NCBI GenBank assembly: GCA_900315665.1
Contig: OMZX01000003.1
Location: 10,248 to 74,247 of the forward strand
Direction of reading: 5' to 3'
Length of the DNA stretch: 64,000 nt
From: an uncultured Eubacteriales bacterium
GTDB taxonomy: Bacteria; Bacillota; Clostridia; Lachnospirales; Lachnospiraceae
Positions 58,657 through 64,000 of this stretch are shown one piece after another. A program made the position numbers and the translations under genes. How positions within the stretch are numbered: position 1 is the stretch's first letter; each line of letters begins with the position of its first letter. The notes beneath the pieces were generated by a model, which had not been told where the DNA came from, made no database searches, and saw nothing but the letters and a program-made list of their open reading frames with translations.

Positions 58657-58798
58657 GACATATCTCTAGGAAGAAATAATTTCCTTTAGCATGATCGTGG
58701 ATATTTGCAAATAAAGCACAGCAATCTTACGAAAATCAGTCTAAAGTCTGAATAATTTTGACTTTCATTGACGGATGGGGATTTGTCTTTATAAACTG

Positions 58799-58827
58799 TG
58801 GAGGGTGGTTAAACACCCTCCATTTTT
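58799..58827 (+). terminator. Intrinsic terminator of the decarboxylase operon, overlapping a candidate promoter
   Basis: tggagggtg-gttaaa-caccctcca-ttttt. TTGACG (58768-73), 16 nt, TATAAA (58790-95) lies just upstream. Confidence 0.75.
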
Positions 58828-58868
58828 CGTGTACAAAAATCTAGAGCATATATGGGAGAATCTGTTTC

Positions 58869-60902
58869 ATGAAGGGAAGCTTTTACAAGAGAATTGGTAC
58901 CTTTACATTGTCTGTTGCTGTAGCAATATCACCAGCCGTAAATCTTTTTCATGGCTCTATGACTGTTTTTGCTGCAAATAGTGATTTTGAAGCCTATATG
59001 TCACAGCAGGGCTTTCCGGAATCCTATAAGGCAGGGCTTCGAAAGCTGCATCAGGCACATCCGACCTGGAATTTTAAGGCTGTGAATACAGGTCTTTCGT
59101 TTGATACGGTGGTAGCAGGTGAACTGCAGGGAACAACCAGTCTCGTATCCACCAATGCGAAATCTTCCTGGAAGTCAACGGATGAGGGAAAATTTAACTG
59201 GACGACCTCTACATGGCCGGGGTTCGATGGGGCTTCGTGGGTCGCTGCATCGAAGGATATTATCGCCTATTATGTAGATCCGCGAAATTTTTTGGATGAT
59301 CAGTCCGTTTTTCAGTTTGCTGAGCATAGTCTTGATTTGTCGACACAGACACTAGAGGGTATTCAGTCTATGGTGGCTGGTACGTTTCTCCAGAATTCGG
59401 TAGCAATCGACTCCTCAAGTCCATACTATAGTTATATGCTTACCGCTGAATATGGCATAACAGCGGGTAGTGGTGCTACAGCTGCTACCGAAACAACGAA
59501 TACTGTACAAAATACCTCTACGGAAGCTACGTCGGCATCGATTTCGGAAGGAACTTCGATTTCTTTCTCTGGACCGACAGGGAATACATCAGCTGATTCA
59601 AGCACATCTGCTGCAGCGGAGACGACTTCCGAAAGTACATCTTCCGTCGAAATTGGTGTTTCGCCACTTGATGCAGGTACTACGATTCTTCCTGATTACC
59701 CGGTTACAAACAGTAGTGATGATAATATCGACTGGTTAGAGGATCGTGTTGAAATCAGTGACATTGGTCCAGGAAGTACCTCTGCACCAGGGAGCAGTAG
59801 TTCTGCATCAAGCGGGACATCAACCGGTTCGACTGCTGGTGTAAGCATTGGCACGACGAACAGTACGGCGGGAGCTGTCTCTGGCACCGGTATCGTTTCG
59901 AATGGTGTTACGGTGACGATTCCTTATGCTTATCTTATTTATGAAGCAGCGACGACTGCCGGTATGAATCCGTATGTACTTGCCGCGATGATCCTGCAGG
60001 AGCAAGGGAAGGATGGCCATGGCGGCAGCATTCAGGGGACGAGTGGTTATTATAATTATCTGAATATCGGTGCCTATGCATCTGGCAATATGACAGCGGC
60101 TGAGAGAGGACTCTGGTATGCGGCACAGTCTGGCAATTACAATCGTCCGTGGAATACACCGGAAAAGGCAATTGTCGGTGGCGCAATGTGGTACGCTGAT
60201 AATTATCTGAAGGTTGGCCAGAATACACTTTACTTAAAGCGATTCAATGTAACCGCTTCAAACACTTTCAAGCATCAGTATATGACGAATATTCAGGGTG
60301 CTTGTGAGGAAGGAAAAAATCTTTCTCAAGCATACAGCACTACCTTGAAGTCGACTGCGCTGACCTTTTATATTCCGATTTACTCGAATATGCCGGAGAC
60401 ACCGGCCCCGCTTCCGACAGGAGATGGCAATCCAAACAACAGATTGGCAACGCTTAATGTTTCAGGCTTTACGTTAACGCCGACCTTCTCTGGAGCGACG
60501 GATACCTATACGCTGATTGTCGATCCGTCTGTGACAAGCCTCTCAATTTCTGCCACACCGGCATACAGTGGTGCAACGGTGAGCGGGACAGGCAACATTG
60601 CACTGACAAGCGCTATGCAGGGAATCACAATTACTGTAAAAGCACAGAATGGCTCCATAAAGCAGTATACGGTTGTTGTCGCACAGCAGACTGGCGGACA
60701 GCTGCCAAATGGTACATCCGAAGCGACTGTCAATACAGCAGGTGTCTCGGCAGGTACTACGACGGTCGACACATCCGGCGGACAGACAACAGGTCCGACT
60801 GGCTCGTCTACTGTAATCAGTCAGGACGCATCCGGTGCAACGACAGAAACGACATCATCCATAGTGACCAATATGGTACAGGTTGGAGTTGGCCCTGTAT
60901 AA
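58869..60902 (+). CDS. Secreted glucosaminidase-like peptidoglycan hydrolase with Ser/Thr-rich insertion and cadherin-like beta-sandwich
   Basis: Signal peptide, GFPESY..LH..HP.W.F, YYVDPRNFL, MNPYVLAAMILQEQG, YYNYLNIGA, GQNTLYLKRFNV, HQYMTNI, then LATLNVSGFTLTPTFS. Confidence 0.75.
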   Translation: MKGSFYKRIGTFTLSVAVAISPAVNLFHGSMTVFAANSDFEAYMSQQGFPESYKAGLRKLHQAHPTWNFKAVNTGLSFDTVVAGELQGTTSLVSTNAKSSWKSTDEGKFNWTTSTWPGFDGASWVAASKDIIAYYVDPRNFLDDQSVFQFAEHSLDLSTQTLEGIQSMVAGTFLQNSVAIDSSSPYYSYMLTAEYGITAGSGATAATETTNTVQNTSTEATSASISEGTSISFSGPTGNTSADSSTSAAAETTSESTSSVEIGVSPLDAGTTILPDYPVTNSSDDNIDWLEDRVEISDIGPGSTSAPGSSSSASSGTSTGSTAGVSIGTTNSTAGAVSGTGIVSNGVTVTIPYAYLIYEAATTAGMNPYVLAAMILQEQGKDGHGGSIQGTSGYYNYLNIGAYASGNMTAAERGLWYAAQSGNYNRPWNTPEKAIVGGAMWYADNYLKVGQNTLYLKRFNVTASNTFKHQYMTNIQGACEEGKNLSQAYSTTLKSTALTFYIPIYSNMPETPAPLPTGDGNPNNRLATLNVSGFTLTPTFSGATDTYTLIVDPSVTSLSISATPAYSGATVSGTGNIALTSAMQGITITVKAQNGSIKQYTVVVAQQTGGQLPNGTSEATVNTAGVSAGTTTVDTSGGQTTGPTGSSTVISQDASGATTETTSSIVTNMVQVGVGPV

Positions 60903-60985
60903 ACGACAGTTGCTTATATAAAAGAAGGGCTATAACTTCTGGCACCTAAAGAAGAACAGGTTGCTATGCCGTCCGGTTGAAAGGA

Positions 60986-61059
60986 TTGCAGTATCTTCCG
61001 GTCCGGTGTAAAATATAAAGAAAATTCAAAATAGCGGGGAAGGAACTCTTCCTTCCCCG
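60986..61059 (+). promoter_or_regulatory. Promoter plus 5'-UTR stem-loop
   Basis: TTGCAG (60986-91), 17 nt, TAAAAT (61009-14). cggggaaggaa-ctc-ttccttccccg at 61035-59. Confidence 0.6.
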
Positions 61060-61088
61060 ATAATCCTTATAAAAGGGAGATTTTATTC

Positions 61089-62741
61089 ATGCGATTCAAA
61101 AACCCGATTAGATATATCCTGACAGCGGCGTCGATGACGGTGCTTTCATCTTTTGCGGCACTAGCAGCAACAGCTTCTATCACATTTTCAGACCCATCTG
61201 TTACACTTGGCAATGAAGTCAATGTGACGATGAAAATCACGAGTCCTGACGGGACGCTCTCCAGATCGGATGTGACCCTTCAGTATGATGCAGCACATCT
61301 GGAGTTCGAAAGTGGCACGGATGCGGATGGAGGATCTGGTACGATTCGTGTTCATGGTGCTACGAATGGTGAAGGAACTGCAGCGCTGCAGTATAATCTG
61401 AAATTTAAGACTCTTTCTGCGGGTACAGCGACGATTACGATCGGCTCACAGGAGGTTTATGATACGGATGAAGCGTTGGCTGAGGTGACTCACAGTGGTT
61501 CTTCAACCATCACGATTGCAACACAGGCTGCAGCGGCAAGCTCGACACTACAATCACTTACGGTTTCACCGGGTACATTGACGCCAGCGTTTTCACAGGA
61601 TGTCACAGATTACTCTGTTACGGTTGGTACAGACGTATCTGAGCTTCTGCTTAATGCCATTGCGACGGATGCTACAGCGAATGTACAGGTATCCGGTAAT
61701 GAAAACTTTGAAATCGGAGAGAATGATGTAACCATTACCGTGACCGGTGCGGATGGTGCGAGCCAAACGGTTTATAATTTGAAGGTGACGAAGCAGGAAG
61801 GTGGTCCGTCAGCAGCAGATGGTACAGAAACTGTTAATGAAGGCGTGAAGCTTTCCTCGAAAGAGAAGACGATCACGATCATGAATCCGGGTGCTGATGT
61901 GGCCATCCCGGATGGCTTCCAGGAGAGCTCGATCTTTATTGATGGCCATGAAGTAAAGGGCTGGGTATGGGCAAATGATACTGAGCATCAGTATTGTATC
62001 GTATATGGTATGAATGATGCTGGTGAGCTTAACTTCTATCGTTATGATCTGGAGGAGAAGACGCTGCAGAGGTATTTCCAGGACCCGGTAGCGGATCAGA
62101 TGAAGAAGGATGCCGAGGATTATCCGGCACTTGTTACGAAATATGATGATCTTGCTACGCAATATAATCATATGCTGATTCTTAGCTGCGTGCTTGGTGC
62201 AGGCGTCCTCGTACTGTTTATTCTTGTCATTGTGCTCGTTAATCTTCGCAGGAAAAGTACGAAGAGCGATACGGTACGAAAGATGAATGATCAGTCCAGA
62301 AGGGATCATGAGAATCAATATGAGGGGGTCGGGACGCCGGAGGATGATAAGCTTGGCGAAACCATTGCTCTTGATCAGATTAATCAAAGCGCACCTGTGG
62401 AGGATACGTTATCTGCTACACGTATTCTGAAAAAAGATGAGATGCTTGAGATAGAAGATCTGGATCAAGGCAAACCGAAGACGGAGCCTTCTATGGGGAA
62501 GGATACACTTCAGGTTGAAGATCTCGATGTGGATGAACCGACAATGACCATTTCCACCGACCAATCGATGAATCATTCGGATATCAAGGCTCTTGACCAG
62601 GAGCTTCATGCGTCAGCGATGGATGCCGTAACGCATGGGCAGAATGCAGAATCGATGATACAGGATACGATGATTGTTCCAGGAGTGAAGGAAGTAAAGC
62701 CGGAGCAGAGCATCGATGGCCTAGATATTGAAGAGTTATAA
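61089..62741 (+). CDS. Membrane-anchored surface protein with cohesin-like and cadherin-like domains and an acidic cytoplasmic tail
   Basis: Signal peptide, cohesin-like fold (VNVTMKI..LQYDAAHLEF), cadherin-like LQSLTVSPGTLTPAFS..Y.V, TM ILSCVLGAGVLVLFILVIVLV, acidic tail. Confidence 0.7.
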   Translation: MRFKNPIRYILTAASMTVLSSFAALAATASITFSDPSVTLGNEVNVTMKITSPDGTLSRSDVTLQYDAAHLEFESGTDADGGSGTIRVHGATNGEGTAALQYNLKFKTLSAGTATITIGSQEVYDTDEALAEVTHSGSSTITIATQAAAASSTLQSLTVSPGTLTPAFSQDVTDYSVTVGTDVSELLLNAIATDATANVQVSGNENFEIGENDVTITVTGADGASQTVYNLKVTKQEGGPSAADGTETVNEGVKLSSKEKTITIMNPGADVAIPDGFQESSIFIDGHEVKGWVWANDTEHQYCIVYGMNDAGELNFYRYDLEEKTLQRYFQDPVADQMKKDAEDYPALVTKYDDLATQYNHMLILSCVLGAGVLVLFILVIVLVNLRRKSTKSDTVRKMNDQSRRDHENQYEGVGTPEDDKLGETIALDQINQSAPVEDTLSATRILKKDEMLEIEDLDQGKPKTEPSMGKDTLQVEDLDVDEPTMTISTDQSMNHSDIKALDQELHASAMDAVTHGQNAESMIQDTMIVPGVKEVKPEQSIDGLDIEEL

Positions 62742-62824
62742 TCTGAAACAGGTGCCTGCTAGCTTTGTTATAGCATGTGAAGGCATCTGCAACTGAAAAG
62801 TTGAAGTAGTAAAAGGAGCAGTGT

Positions 62825-64000
62825 ATGAATCAATTTACGATTCAGGCGCAGCGGGCTTTGCAGCTTGCAATTGAAGCAGCAGAGGAGCTGGGACATAATT
62901 ATATTGGTACCGAGCATATACTTTTAGGCCTTCGAAGAGAAAATACGTCAGTTGCGGCTAAGGTACTGGAAAACAGCGGTATCGATGATCAGCGAATCGT
63001 GGATATGATCTCGAAGTTTGTAACGCCGGATAGTGGTGTGGCTGTAACAGATCGATCCGGTTATACCCCGAGCGCTAGAAAGGTCATAGAACTGAGTGAA
63101 GCAGAGGCAAAGGCAACGCATTCACGTTTAGTAGGAACCGAACATCTGTTGATCGCTATTCTCAGAAGTACATCCTGCGTAGCCAGCCAGATCATCGCAA
63201 CCCTGGGTGGAAATGCGCAGAGTATGTATCGCCAGATTATGTCTGTAATCGGCAATGATAATATATCGGATGACAGTGCACGGATGCAGCAGCCACCAAA
63301 GCAGTCTAACACGCCGGTTCTTGATCAGTATTCCCGTGATTTAACTGCACTGGCTTCTCAGGATAAGCTGGATCCTGTGATCGGGAGAGAACAGGAGATT
63401 CTCCGGGTTGTCGAGATTCTATCAAGACGTACGAAGAATAATCCGTGTCTCATCGGTGAACCGGGCGTCGGAAAGACGGCAGTCGTAGAAGGTCTGGCAG
63501 AACGCATCGTCGCTGGCGATGTACCTGAAAGCATCCTCGGGAAACGTCTTTTGACGCTGGATATTTCAGGTATGGTGGCGGGCTCGAAGTACCGTGGTGA
63601 ATTTGAGGAGCGCATCAAGCGCGTGATTCAGGAAGCAAAGGATGATGGGCAGGTACTCCTGTTTATTGATGAAATTCATACGATTATTGGAGCAGGCGGT
63701 GCAGAGGGTGCTCTGGATGCTGCAAATATCTTGAAACCAGCCTTAGCAAGAGGAGAGCTGCAGGTCATCGGTGCGACGACGCTGGATGAATACAGGAAGC
63801 ATATTGAAAAGGATGCTGCTCTTGAACGGCGTTTTCAGCCGGTGACGATTGAGGAGCCTTCAGAGGAGGAATCCTATGAAATTTTGAAGGGTATTGCGCC
63901 GAAGTATGAGGAGTTTCATCGTGTCGTCATCGATGATGCAGCATTGCATGCCGCGGTACGACTCAGTACGCGCTATATCAACGATCGGTATCTTCCTGAC
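62825..64000 (+). CDS. clpC: ATP-dependent Clp protease ATP-binding subunit ClpC, 5' part (runs off the window)
   Basis: Read directly from sequence: [24 protein letters not shown], second repeat [56 protein letters not shown]-type motif. GGAG RBS. Confidence 0.93.
   Translation, partial: MNQFTIQAQRALQLAIEAAEELGHNYIGTEHILLGLRRENTSVAAKVLENSGIDDQRIVDMISKFVTPDSGVAVTDRSGYTPSARKVIELSEAEAKATHSRLVGTEHLLIAILRSTSCVASQIIATLGGNAQSMYRQIMSVIGNDNISDDSARMQQPPKQSNTPVLDQYSRDLTALASQDKLDPVIGREQEILRVVEILSRRTKNNPCLIGEPGVGKTAVVEGLAERIVAGDVPESILGKRLLTLDISGMVAGSKYRGEFEERIKRVIQEAKDDGQVLLFIDEIHTIIGAGGAEGALDAANILKPALARGELQVIGATTLDEYRKHIEKDAALERRFQPVTIEEPSEEESYEILKGIAPKYEEFHRVVIDDAALHAAVRLSTRYINDRYLPD

Noticed and set aside
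1-64000. CRISPR array, IS, phage or defence genes
   Set aside because: No regularly spaced repeats, transposase, integrase or nuclease motifs were found in any ORF or spacer.

Overview
Core-chromosome segment of an anaerobic Firmicute. Gene order and content look Lachnospiraceae-like (inference). Almost all genes are on the + strand. The window holds housekeeping clusters (ftsK-fhs-murE-murF-priA-def-fmt-rsmB-rlmN-stp-pknB-rsgA-rpe-serS; cmk-ispH-rpsA; tig-clpP-clpX-yihA; infC-rpmI-rplT with an L20-type attenuator; tRNA-Leu(CAG); start of clpC). It also holds a MacB-type ABC system, an extended cdaA-cdaR (c-di-AMP) operon ending in a Wzy-like gene, a five-gene Na+-translocating decarboxylase operon, and several cell-wall or surface proteins. 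I found no integrase, transposase, phage gene or CRISPR array. The best leads are: a 262-bp nested palindrome (486-747); a frameshifted SH3-NlpC/P60 autolysin; a truncated gene remnant behind a GT2-GtrA fusion; switch-like RNA structures ahead of fhs and clpP; a hybrid OadA plus acyl-CoA carboxyltransferase Na+ pump with a lipoprotein-extended OadG; a histone-like Lys/Ala/Pro protein behind a perfect sigma-A promoter; and the uncharacterised envelope genes linked to cdaA-cdaR. All family assignments come from motif recognition by eye; no database search was run.
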